A stretch of 63,998 nucleotides of DNA, the filler included, from Folioceros fuciformis (taxonomy: Eukaryota), in assembly GCA_049999805.1 (NCBI GenBank). It is 11 parts of 11 records of this genome, joined end to end, with 100 filler letters (N's around TTAATTAATTAA, not from the genome) between each part and the next. Parts side by side here need not be neighbours in the genome. Positions count along the whole stretch, not along the records: positions 44,656 to 55,191 come from JBNGIO010003968.1; positions 55,292 to 57,344 come from JBNGIO010003969.1; positions 57,445 to 62,758 come from JBNGIO010003972.1; positions 62,859 to 63,998 come from JBNGIO010004066.1; 7 more parts are not named here. One strand, 5' to 3'. Shown here piece by piece: positions 52,543 through 63,998 of the stretch (the first letter of the stretch is position 1; each line of letters begins with the position of its first letter). The notes beneath the pieces were generated by a model. The model was not told the origin of the DNA. It ran no database searches and saw only the letters and a list, made by a program, of their open reading frames with translations. The position numbers were made by a program, and so were the translations under genes.

Positions 52543-54807
52543 ATGGCGCGGACCTCCAACAATACTCAGGTGGGTTCCGGTAGTAGGGGACGACCCACGA
52601 GGGCAGCCAGCTCTCCCCAAACCAATGTTCCGTCCTTTTCTTGCTTTGGGGGCCAACTGAACTCAAGGGATTTGATAGACCTACAAACTTGGGCATGTGA
52701 CGCAAACATCCAGGTTGACTGGATATATGGCAGACACTGGTCGTATGTTCATGAAGGCTTGGTGAAGGAGTGCTATACCAACCTACAGCAATCAAAGGAG
52801 GAGTTGGAAGCCCTACCTGAACGAAACGCGAGGACTAACCCTCGGTGTTGGATTGTCCGGAGCATCCGACAGGTCTATGGTAGGTCGGAAGAGGAGAGCG
52901 ATGGTTTAGGGATCCTGGATAAAACCATAGATGGGCGGAGGTCACCTAGCACCACCCTACCATCTGGGGCACTAGAATTGCTGTTGGGAGGAGAGCTAGC
53001 AAGAACCAAGAACGGGTGGAGGACTAAGGGGATCAAGGAGCTCAAATGGCGGTTGTTCACTTAGGTGGTTCTTGGATTGGTGAACTATCAATGCACCTCA
53101 TATTTCAGCAATGCTTTCCTCCACTTCCTTTGGAGAGTGACTCAAGGAGCTAAGCCAGACTGGGGGTTAATTATGTATGAGGCGTATACCTACCATAGGG
53201 AGAAGTTGCTCAAGCCAAATGGTAGGGAGGGGGGGAGTGCACGTCCTTGCTACCTCTCGACTTACTTGGTGCACTTATGGAAGACAGAAGGGTTGTTAAC
53301 ACAAGAGGAGTTGGAGGAGGCGGAACAACCTTTTGTAGTTGTCCCGTTGCAGGGGGAGACTTTTATTTCTGGTGGACTGTCGACCCCTCTTACGGATGAG
53401 GAGTCCCCACTTGATTCCGAATCAACCATGGCAGCCTATGATGAGTCTGATGAAGATGACACCCCGTTGATACGGAGACCTAGGGAGCAGCAAAGGGACC
53501 GAAGGCTACCATCAGTCACCACCCTCGCAGCCCTAAATTCCGCCCCAACTGAGATCTAGACAGTGAGGGATCCTGGACCAAGCCAACCAATAGTTGAGGT
53601 AGGGTACTAGGTAGGGGATTTGGCGATGACACCAGTAGTGCAAGCACACCGTGGAGCACCAGATTTGGGGAGAAGGAGCCCAGGGAATTGGGAAGCAGCC
53701 CGAGGAGCACACGCCACAAGCCAAGGTAACGATACTTCGTTGGGAGTATGGAGCAACATCATTCAGTGTGGCCAACAGCTACAACACATCAATTGGGGAG
53801 AGGCCCGTGCAATGATTGCAACCCTACTACAGGAGGACATAAGTCGGGATGCAAACCAGGCACGACTAGAATCCAAAGTGGAGGAATTGGAAAACGAGCG
53901 AGAACAGTATCTCCTCAAGGATGGTGAGCAAAGGCAAGGACTGGAGAAGTTGACCCAACATGTGACCACATTGCAAACTTCCCAACAAGGTTTATCACAT
54001 GAGATCATTGCATGTCGAAGGGACCTTGCCCAGTCTAAGGAAATTAGGAAGGTGATGGAGGAACAGCTACGGGAACAAGTCTACATTGCAAAGGATTTAC
54101 AAGGCAAGCTAGATGAGTTGGAGGCATAGAATGCTAAAGCGAACCAGGAACTCCAGCAACGACTTGAAGCAGGGCAATGAGAGCGAGTGGAGAGGGAACA
54201 ATTGACCATCCAATTAGAAGACCTTCAGTAGGAGAAAGCACAACAAGAAGCTGAGCATCAGACCAAGATTCACAGGATGCTGGGGGTTCGAGCTCGTAGG
54301 TTTCGTGCTGACTATGCCTACTTGACGGGGTGCATGACCAAGTTTCATGCAACTCATCAAGAAAACCTTGACCTACAGTTGAAGGTAGGGGCGATGGAGG
54401 CTGAACGGGATATCTACAAGAGTAGATGCGAGGGTGGGGATTGGGTTGTTGACATGGATACCATAGATCTAGCTCATCAGAATCGCAACCTCCACCTACA
54501 CCAACGTTTACTTGCTCATCACAAGGAACTGGCAGCACTGGCAGGGCGAAGGTATCTTGGGCCACATGATGACGATCGTGAGGCCCTGGAGACAGTGCCT
54601 CTACCAACAGACTTTCAAGAGGACAACAGTATGGACCTGGAGAACTCGCAATGGGAACCTAAGGAGTTGCTATGGGCTAGGAAGAGCACGCAACAAAGGG
54701 TGCCTACTCCCATAGGGAACCTACCTACGAGAGGAGGGGTAGGGAACCTACCTACGAGAGGAGGGGTAGGAATGGTGTTGAATAGAACCCCGTTAGGGTT
54801 TAGTTAA
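52543..54807 (+). pseudogene. Diverged paralog of the retroelement extra ORF (helical N-domain and long coiled coil)
   Basis: Pieces 52543, 53065, 53620 and 54277 are all in one frame (about 750 codons). They share LV.EC, R..P..W....IR.VYG, NGW, V..G.K.DWG.I.Y and LVH motifs with 4420-5184. Confidence 0.75.
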
Positions 54808-54970
54808 GATAAACGTCACAGCTGTTAGCTGATAGTTGTATAAGCTTAGGTCAGCTGAACAGTCATGACTCTTCAGGAGAGTAAGTATGTAAGACTTCTT
54901 TAGAGCTTAATTAATTGAATTTTTAATATACATCTTGACTACAAGAGTATTGCTCTCATGTTTATCAACA

Positions 54971-54982
54971 TGGTATCAGAGC
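54971..54982 (+). promoter_or_regulatory. Primer binding site (tRNA-iMet) of another LTR element, preceded by an LTR-like segment ending in CA
   Basis: TCAACA|TGGTATCAGAGC. Confidence 0.85.
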
Positions 54983-56214
54983 TTGGAGCTTTGATGCATA
55001 GATATTGCATATTTCTATAGTTGTAAGTAACCTAGTCTGCTGCTGCACATGTATGTAGAAAGACGGAAACATTTGACACAAAATTCAGTAGCCACAGATT
55101 TGTGACTCCTGGGTCTTGTGTCCATTTTTTTTTTTTTCCTTCTTCCCTACCTACATAACAGCATCAGTGACGTTTTCCTGATCAAGATATTNNNNNNNNN
55201 NNNNNNNNNNNNNNNNNNNNNNNNNNNNNNNNNNNTTAATTAATTAANNNNNNNNNNNNNNNNNNNNNNNNNNNNNNNNNNNNNNNNNNNNCATAAAACT
55301 GATGAAGATGGGTGAAGAAGGGGGAGGCGAGGTGATTGTTCCCTCAAACTTCAAACCCAAGGCCTACAAGGTGCCTATCGGTGACCTATACAAGACTGAG
55401 AGGCTGGTGACTGACCGGAATGGGGCTGACAACCCTTAGACTCCTGAAGTCTACTATTGTATTTCAGTAGGGATCACCATAAATAAAGACAGATGGTATA
55501 GACAGGGCGGACATGGTGGGAATTTCATTTCGTTCTACGGTAAGGACCTCCTGCACATCTGATTTAGCTCCCACTATTTGTGTGGTTTGAGAAGTGCTAG
55601 AACTAGCCCTGACTTTGTAACACATGTACGCAGGGTCTGAGAAGAGGATGTACGGGGAGTCTGACATGGACTGGGGCCACAGGGACAGCAATGAAGACAT
55701 AGCTTAGGCAGAAACATANNNNNNNNNNNNNNNNNNNNNNNNNNNNNNNNNNNNNNNNNNNNNNNNNNNNNNNNNNNNNNNNNNNNNNNNNNNNNNNNNN
55801 NNNNNNNNNNNNNNNNNNGAATGGGGTTGACAACCCTCAGACTCCTGAAGTCTATTGTTGTATTTCAGTAGGGATCACCATAAATAGAGACAGATGGTAT
55901 AGACAGGGTGGACATGGCGGGAATTTCATTTCGTTCTACGGTAAGGACCTCCTGCACATCTGATTTAGCTCCCACTATTTGTGTGGTTTGAGAAGTGCTA
56001 GAACTAGCCCTGACGTTGTAACACATGTACGCAGGGTCTGAGAAGAGGATGTATGGGGAGTCTGACATGGATTGGGGCCACAGGGACAGCAATGAAGACA
56101 TAGCTTAGGCAGAAACATAAACAGCAATCTACCTACCCATCAAACTCCAACGAAGATGGCAGCGACTAGCCCTCTAGGAACAGATTATGCTTTCATATGC
56201 TGAGCTTATCCTTC

Positions 56215-57344
56215 TCATGACTGACTACTGGACATGGTTATGTGACCAGACTCTAAGACTCCAAGTAATTCCTTGAAACGGAAATGTTTTGCTCTGGCTA
56301 AGGCCTTCGTAAGTATATCTGCTACGTTTGCATCGGTTGGGATATATTCAAGCTTGATCTGACCTGAACTAATAGCGTCCCTGATAAAATGATGATGCAC
56401 CTCGATATGTTTGGTCCTCGCGTGGAAAACAGGATTATGTGCCAAAGCCAGTGCAGACTGATTGTCGCAGTAGATAGTTGTGGGTTCACGTTGAACTTGG
56501 CCCACATCTTCAAGCAGTCTCCTTAGCCAAATTGCTTCCTTGGCTGCTTGAGTTAAAGCTGAATACTCAGCTTCTGTTGGTGATAATGACACAGTGGATT
56601 GTTTCTTCAAGGACCAGGTGACTGCACCACCAGCTAACAAGAAGGCACAGGCTGACACAGACTTCCTGGTATCGGGATCTACTGCCCAGTCTGCATCGCA
56701 ATACCCTATCAAGGTGAGAGCATCCTCATCATGTGGCTGTCTAGAGTAGTGAATTCCATGATTGCTAGTGCCCTTCAAATACCTAAGGATACGCTTAGTG
56801 GCTGACCAGTGTGGCCTGCTAGGATCCTTCAGGAACTGTGAAACTGTACTTACAGCAAAGAAACATCAGGCCTGGTATGATTCGAACAAAAGATTAGAGA
56901 GCCTACTGCCTGTGCATAGGGAACTAAGGACATCTCTTCACTCTCTGCATCAGTCTGTGGGAGTTGAGACTTGCTCAACTTACAACCTGCTTCTAAAGGG
57001 GTAAGAGCCAGCTTAGCTTCAGTTAGCCTATACTTGTATAGCATATCATAGATATATTTCTCCTGGTGAATCACTAATGTGCCGGATGCATCATCCCGCT
57101 GGAGTTGAGTTCCAAGACAATAAGTAAGCTCACCAATGTCCACCATATCAAAACGACCAGATAAGAGAGTCTTAACCTTCTTTATACCCGCAAGATAAGT
57201 TCCCATAAGTATACAGTCGTCGACATATAAGGCCAGAATAACATAGCCTGTCTCCTGTTGCTGTAGGTAAACATTGGTGTCTGCCAGGCTTTTGACAAAG
57301 CCAAACTCCAGGAGAAACTCATCTATGCAGAAATACCAAGCTCT
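56215..57344 (-). mobile_element. Ty1/copia RT and RNase H
   Basis: LYVDD, GYCDADWA, RKSVS, TEAEYSAL and FHARTKHIEVHHHFIRD. Confidence 0.93.
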
Positions 57345-57444
57345 NNNNNNNNNNNNNNNNNNNNNNNNNNNNNNNNNNNNNNNNNNNNTTAATTAATTAA
57401 NNNNNNNNNNNNNNNNNNNNNNNNNNNNNNNNNNNNNNNNNNNN

Positions 57445-59096
57445 GGGCAACCCTGGAGCAGAAGGGCCAGCAGGAGGGAGGACGAGAACCAGAAGTCCAG
57501 GGAATTTAGGACCGAAGGTTGGAGGAGCAAGGTCAGGGTGAGACAAGACCCGAGGGGCCACAGGATCAGGTGATGGCAGCAGACACAGTTTCCTCCACAC
57601 AGGAGGATAAGTTAGGGCGCGTTTCAACACAGGAGGGTTTCTCAGGGTGGGAGGACATTTTCAAGTGCAGGCCTCAGGGAGACAGGTTGCAGGTGGGGGA
57701 CTTGGACAAGTGGCGAGAATTCCTGGGCAGACAAATCACGGCAAGAGGAATGGGCACCGGAGGGGTGCAGGAGGTGGACCTACCCGGGCTGACTGCTGCG
57801 ATGGTGCAAGCCCAAGCAAACCTCCTGGATCAAGCTGCTAGGGCCCTCACCTGGTTAAGTGTACAAGCAGAGCGAGAAACCGAGACTCGAGGAAAGGAGG
57901 AGGAGGCTCGTGAGCGAGAGGTTGAAGTAAGGAGGCAACTGGCGGAGTCGGAGACAGCGCGGCAACTGCTGGAGGAGAAGCAACGGGTCCTGGACAGGGA
58001 GAAGGCTCAAGCCGAGGAAGAGGCGCGCGAGGCGAGGGCTGAAGTGCAGGCGCTGAAGGAACAACAGGGGGCCCTGCTAGCTCAGGTGAGGGAGGCTCAC
58101 GAGGCTAACCTGGAGTTGCAACAGGAAATGGCTAAGGCAGAGGAGATGGAGATAGTCGTTGTGGAGCAGGCCCAGAAGTTAGCTGACAGATACAAGTGAG
58201 AGCGAGATAAGGCCAGAGAGAGAGCGAAGGGGAAGAGCAAGGCTGGGCGCCCGAGTCAGTCGACGACCCCGGTAGCAGAAGGGGCTACCGGTAGCCGAAC
58301 CAAGGGAACGGTAGTCGAGGAGGCTACCGGTAGCACGGTAGTCCACGGGACTACCGTTAGTCGGGTAGCCGACGGGGCTACCGGTGGCCCAGCAAGGCCC
58401 AGGATAGCTGAGGAACCAACCCTAGAGAAGAAGGAGGCAGCAGTAGGGGTGCCTGCCCCTAGGCGCTCTAGGAGGGTGGCCCGTACCAGGAGAACAGAGC
58501 TGGAGGAGGCAACAGCGGGGCAGGCAGAGAACCTTCAGGTACCCCAGGAGGAGGGGGAGCAGGCAACCCGAGGTAGCCCAAGGGAGGACGGGGTAAGCAC
58601 CTCTGTTATGACAGAAGGTCGGATTGTGCTGTAGTATGAGGAGGAGGCCTCCTATGTGCCATGCCTATATGTAGAAGGGGCCAGAGTTCTGAAGCTGTTT
58701 CTGTATGTACGTATGGGCACAGGAGGGACGCGGGGCTACGTCCTACAACTGAGGACGCGCCTGGGACTCTACCACTACAGATGGTGGGTGACAGGGCTGC
58801 CCCACTGCTATGCGGAGGCAGTTCTGGAGGAACTGACGGAAGAGGAGGCCCAGCGCTGGGTAGAACGGGAGCCTGTGGCTATCCTCAGCAACCAGAGAAG
58901 GAGGAGGGGTGGTGGACCACAGTGGCGGGACCCACCTACGCCGCCAGCCAGGCCAAGCAGTAGCAGCAGTGATGTGGAGATCCTTTGGGAGGATCTGCCG
59001 GACCAACGGAGAGGCAGAAGAGCGAGAGGAGGAGCGGCGAGGGGTGACGTGCTAAGGCCAGAAGGAAGCCATCAGCGGCGTGGGACAGGGCGATAG
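57445..59096 (+). pseudogene. Retroelement extra ORF, copy 2 (coiled coil and C-terminal domain; 5' part cut by the scaffold end)
   Basis: Pieces 57519, 58449 and 58656 are in one frame and homologous to 5414-6858. Confidence 0.75.
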
Positions 59097-60469
59097 TAAA
59101 TGCAGGCTAGATTAGTTTTTTTTGGTGTGCTTTATTTGGACCCAAGTCGCTCAAAACTTAAGAGCGCACCTCCCCTATCTGACAGACTTTATGGCGGGAA
59201 AACCGCCATCATCGTGTACAAGAGACCGGTTTGAAGGCCTAAGAAAGGAGCAAGAACCAGCCGGATAATCGACCCTGCAGGGACCTAGCGATGGCCGTTG
59301 CTGGACGGGAGGTCCAGGCAAGCGAGCGCACGTAGCAACCTGGGGTGCGGGTGTAGGTGGTGGGCGCTCCGTGATCAGGTCCGGGGACGAATCGGGAGGA
59401 CGTGCCTCGCCGAGTGGGAGAGAAGCTCCCCAGCTATCCTCGAAGTGATCACGTGGTTGGTGTGGGTGATGGAGCCGAATCCGCGAGTTTGGAGTGGAAG
59501 GGATTCCTCTTCCCTTAGCTCCGGTACCTCACCATTCCTCAACGTTCATAGGAGCCCAGGAGGGGCATCGCTGAGAAAGAAGACGAAAGAACCGGAGAAA
59601 GAGGAAGCGCGAGGGTGCGCGTGTGTGAGAAAGGGGAGAAACGAGTGACCGAGTAATGAGTAAGGGCGAATGTGAAGGGACGCCAAAAGGAGTGGAAGNN
59701 NNNNNNNNNNNNNNNNNNNNNNNNNNNNNNNNNNNNNNNNNNNNNNNNNNNNNNNNNNNNNNNNNNNNNNNNNNNNNNNNNNNNNNNNNNNNNNNNNNAC
59801 TGATGAGTGGAGAAGAGAGAGCAAAGCGGGTGAGATCCTGGGGCGAGGTGAGTAACGTGTCTGGGGTATAATGAGGTGTGGCAAGTGACTGATCGCGGTG
59901 AGAAGTCGTGAAGAAGTTGAATTGAGACCGCAGAGGGTGTATCTAAGGTGTGAGATCCCTCGGGTGGAAGGCGACCGGCAAATTGTTGCTGTTCATGTGT
60001 GCGTGCATTTGATCCGGAGGAGTGAGGGGCGGCTTTGTGGAGAACCAAGGAAGGGAAGCGCAAAGGGAATGCGGGGAAAAAAACGGTCGGAAAGGGACGA
60101 CTCGGAGAGAGAAAATTCTAGAGAGAGAGAGAGGACCCACGAGTGGTAGCCCGAAAGACAACGGTAGTAGCCCCCTGGGGAACGGAGGGTAGCCCAGTGG
60201 GCAACCAAGAGTAGTCCAGGGGGAGGTAGTCCCTGGAGCGACCGAGTGGTAGAGGAGTCGCCTAGAGGAAGAAGTAAGGGGGCTTGGTAAGGTCCGAGCA
60301 TTGGACGTGTGTGGGTGGGTCAGTCGAGTTTTATGTGTTGGCTGACTTTAGAAGCTGAAATGTGTAGTTTAACACAAATCATTCCAGTGGGATCGAATCC
60401 CAGAGCTACAACGACATAGAGGGCTTGTGGGGACCTCGCGGTACCCTTGGGTACCATATTTTAACCCCA

Positions 60470-62437
60470 CAGGAGCCTCCACCATCACTTCTTTGGCTAC
60501 CGGGGTCGTGGCTTCGGCTACTGCCGTCGTCCCTCCTCTACCAGTAGCCCCTTCGGCTACCTCGGGTGTTGTGAGACTACCGGTAGCACCTTCGGCTACC
60601 GGTGTGGCCATTCAACTACCAGTAGCCCTGTCGGCTACCGACACTGTTGCTCGGCTATCGGTAGCCCCGTTGGCTACCGGTATTGGAACTAGACAACTGG
60701 TAGCCCCTTCGGCTATCGAGGTCGTCGTCTGGCTACTGCACCCAACCTTACCCATTCCCTTTACTCGCTCCCTGGCCTCGTCTCGCTCTCGTTTGTACCT
60801 GTTGGCCAGCTTCTGGACTTGTTCCATTGCAGCCATCTCCTACTCCTGAGCCTTAGCCATTTCCTATTGCATTTCCATATTAGTCTCGTGGGCTTCCCTC
60901 ACCTAAGCTAGGAGCAACCCCTATTGCTCCTTCGGCGCCTGGATCTCTGCTTTAGCCTGGCGCGCCTCTTCCTCCGCCTGCGCCTTATCCTCACTCAGGA
61001 CCCACTACTTCTCTTCCAGGAGCCGCCATGCCGTCTTAGACTCCTCCAGCTGTCTCTAGGCTTCGGCCTCCTTTCCTATTGCCTCTGCCTTCTTACTTCG
61101 AGCCTCGGCCTCCCTCTCCACTTGCATGCTCAGCTAGGTCAGCGCCTGGCCGCCTGGTCCAACATGTTCGCTTGTGCCTGCACCATGGCTGAGGTTAGTC
61201 CTAGCAGATCCACCTCTTGTGACCCCACAGGAGCCATTCCCCGCTTGGTTATCTGCCTCCTCAGCAGCGCTCGTAACTTCTCCAGCCCCCCTGCATGTAG
61301 TCTATCCACCTGAGGAATTTTTCCAAAAAACATCTTCCCATTTTGGAAAGACTTCTTGCTCCGGAACGTGCCCTAATTCACTCATAACCTTAGGAGGGGC
61401 CACTTCCATTCTGGCATCTGCTCCTGGGGTGCTTCTAGCTCCTCCTCGTTCGGTTCCTGCTCTACTGGCTCTTGGTTTGCTGGCTCTTGAGCAGCTCCCT
61501 ACTCCTGCTCAGCCTAATCCGGGGCTGCCTCCTATGGCGCTGACCTGCTTCCTCTCTTAGCAATTTGGCCACTGGCCCGTCGCCTCTTGGCAGGGGTCTT
61601 CTTCCCTACCCCTGCCTTCCTCTTCCGCCTGGTGTGAGTCTCCTCCTCCGGGCTGTCCGCACTGCCCGACTCCTAGCTGCTGGAGTCGGCTTCCATTGGC
61701 TTAGCGGGCTTCCACTTCACATCCCTTATCGGCCTCCACATATGCAGTGAGGCAAGCACCTCTAGTTCAGACACGAGGTTAGCATAGCAGAAGATATGGA
61801 TTAGGAAGGGAGAGATCATCGAAGGTCGGGGAGAGCACAGAGTCAGATTATGCCTCTCCTCATCCATCCTAGCATACAGGATTTTTGCCCAATCCATCTT
61901 GCTCCCTTTGACAACTTCATGCACAAATAGGAGCATCTGATTAGACAGATAATCCTGCTTGCGAACCTACAGGAAGCTCAGGAACCATCTGGCCAAACCC
62001 ATCAACTGGGGGTTGGCCATATCGTGGATCAACCACCCATTGGCTTCCTTCTTGGTGCCTGGTTTGAGTAGCACCTCGGCGTCTGCTGTGCTGCCACGTT
62101 TCTTCAGGGACTCCAGCACTAGTCCGCCCTCCTCCTGCTGATCGCGACCATACACCCGCCTTACCAACTCTAGGTTCCATTCCTAGGGCCTGCCACGGAT
62201 TCCCTCTTCTCGGACGGGCTCTCTCAACTTCAGGGCGCACTCCCTGACCAGTTGTGGCGCTGCATGGTTCCACCTCTGGGTCATGAACCTGAGGCCTAGT
62301 TCTTCGACCAGCCCTTCGGCTCTAACCCTCCAGTGCTCCATGTTGGGCCACAAGAGCACGTCAATCTTTGGAACAGGAGGTTCTCCCTCCTGCTCAGGCA
62401 GCATTACTCCTCGCAGCAACTCTGGACGAGACCTCAT
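60470..62437 (-). pseudogene. Retroelement extra ORF, copy 3 (N-domain, coiled coil, expanded repeat; C-domain missing)
   Basis: WPNMEHWRVRA, NGWLIHDMANPQLMGLARWFLSFL and DWAKILYARMD are nearly identical to copy 1. Confidence 0.78.
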
Positions 62438-62858
62438 CCTTCCTGATCTCCTCCCATGCTCCGAACGCCGCTGCCCTCCTGCACCTGTGGTCGCCTGGCG
62501 TTCTCCGCCCGCTCTGCTCCACTGCCTTAGCGCCCGCTCCGCTCCTGACCGTCCTCGCGCTCCGCGGCTACTCTCGCTCCCGCTCCTCTTGCGGACGCTC
62601 CTGCCTCATTTACTGCCTAGGTTCCCTTGACTCTCTCTAGGTTTTATACTGTTGTTCCTGTTCCACTACCGCCGATTGGGCTGCCGCCAGTTCCCCTTCC
62701 ACGACGGTCACCCAGTCACAACACTCCGATTTTCGCCTAAGTCCACAACTACCTAAGCNNNNNNNNNNNNNNNNNNNNNNNNNNNNNNNNNNNNNNNNNN
62801 NNTTAATTAATTAANNNNNNNNNNNNNNNNNNNNNNNNNNNNNNNNNNNNNNNNNNNN

Positions 62859-63998
62859 AGCCATAAGTAACAAGATTTTAAACCACAGCCACATTAGATT
62901 AAACTATAAATAAGTCTAAGCCAAATAAAATCAAACTGTAAGTTTAAAGACATTAAACCATAAGCCACAAGCTAGAAAACCATAAGTCAAAAGGTTTAGA
63001 AGTGGATTTCAAGTGTGCCAAGTTTGTATTAGTTTTGTTTCAATACCTATCTTGCTTAACACATGAAGGAGACAATGCACATTAGCATTTGAGTTCAAAG
63101 ACCTTTTGATGATCGGATTTATACATGAAAATATATATAGTATCCTTAATTTTTGTGTTAGAGATGATGATGTAAGGAGATGTCACATGGCTTTTTCTAA
63201 GGAATGAGACAAGTCATCGACTTCACATGTAATGAGCTAATCTTTTATAATAAAATATTGAATAAATATAATTTATCGATATAATAGTATATATAACTAT
63301 CATTATATGGATATTTATAAAAGAAAAACTTATTCAAAATTATATTAGGTTATATATATGTATACAATAATATACTTANNNNNNNNNNNNNNNNNNNNNN
63401 NNNNNNNNNNNNNNNNNNNNNNNNNNNNNNNNNNNNNNNNNNNNNNNNNNNNNNNNNNNNNNNNNNNNNNNNNNNNNNAGCCATAAGTAACAAGATTTTA
63501 AACCACAGCCACATTAGATTAAACTATAAATAAGTCTAAGCCAAATAAAATCAAACTGTAAGTTTAAAGACATTAAACCATAAGCCACAAGCTAGAAAAC
63601 CATAAGTCAAAAGGTTTAGAAGTGGATTTCAAGTGTGCCAAGTTTGTATTAGTTTTGTTTCAATACCTATCTTGCTTAACACATGAAGGAGACAATGCAC
63701 ATTAGCATTTGAGTTCAAAGACCTTTTGATGATCGGATTTATACATGAAAATATATATAGTATCCTTAATTTTTGTGTTAGAGATGATGATGTAAGGAGA
63801 TGTCACATGGCTTTTTCTAAGGAATGAGACAAGTCATCGACTTCACATGTAATGAGCTAATCTTTTATAATAAAATATTGAATAAATATAATTTATCGAT
63901 ATAATAGTATATATAACTATCATTATATGGATATTTATAAAAGAAAAACTTATTCAAAATTATATTAGGTTATATATATGTATACAATAATATACTTA
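62859..63998. repeat. Apparently identical 520-bp AT-rich segments on both sides of a 100-N gap (assembly overlap artefact)
   Basis: 62859-63378 matches 63479-63998. Confidence 0.85.

Noticed and set aside
55418-56118. ~300-bp direct repeat with twin 78-aa ORFs
   Set aside because: Near-identical copies on both sides of a 100-N gap in a copia 3' region. Likely an assembly overlap or LTR-related, with no protein signal.
12410-62858. Regularly recurring TTAATTAATTAA motif
   Set aside because: Always centred in exactly 44+44 Ns. It is an artificial six-frame-stop scaffold linker, not biology, and adjacency across it is meaningless.
62859-63998. 520-bp perfect duplication
   Set aside because: Flanks a gap and appears identical, so it is an assembly artefact.

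Overview
Repeat-rich plant (streptophyte, probably non-seed-plant) nuclear DNA. The window is not contiguous: it is 11 separate scaffold pieces joined by artificial 100-nt N44-TTAATTAATTAA-N44 linkers, so synteny holds only within each piece. No intact host gene was found. Recognisable content: at least six decayed or partial Ty1/copia elements (three tRNA-iMet PBS sites), a Ty3/gypsy integrase fragment, an L1-type LINE family (three pieces), two solo LTRs of one family with clean 5-bp TSDs, a non-specific phospholipase C pseudogene, an intron-less threonyl-tRNA synthetase fragment and a probable DUF7869-like transposase relic. Two less ordinary systems stand out. (1) A family of large ORFs (about 750-850 codons) present as three close copies plus one diverged paralog. 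The architecture is a conserved helical N-terminal domain, a coiled coil, a variable Thr/Ala/Gly repeat and an unassigned C-terminal domain, with a conserved TATA region upstream and a conserved hairpin-rich segment downstream. In copy 1 it lies antisense to a PPT and a putative long LTR, like the antisense extra ORFs of Tat-type gypsy elements. (2) Two diverged copies of a restriction-like-endonuclease (CRE-clade-like) non-LTR retrotransposon, one near TTTAGGG-containing repeats. All family assignments come from motif recognition by eye, not database searches.
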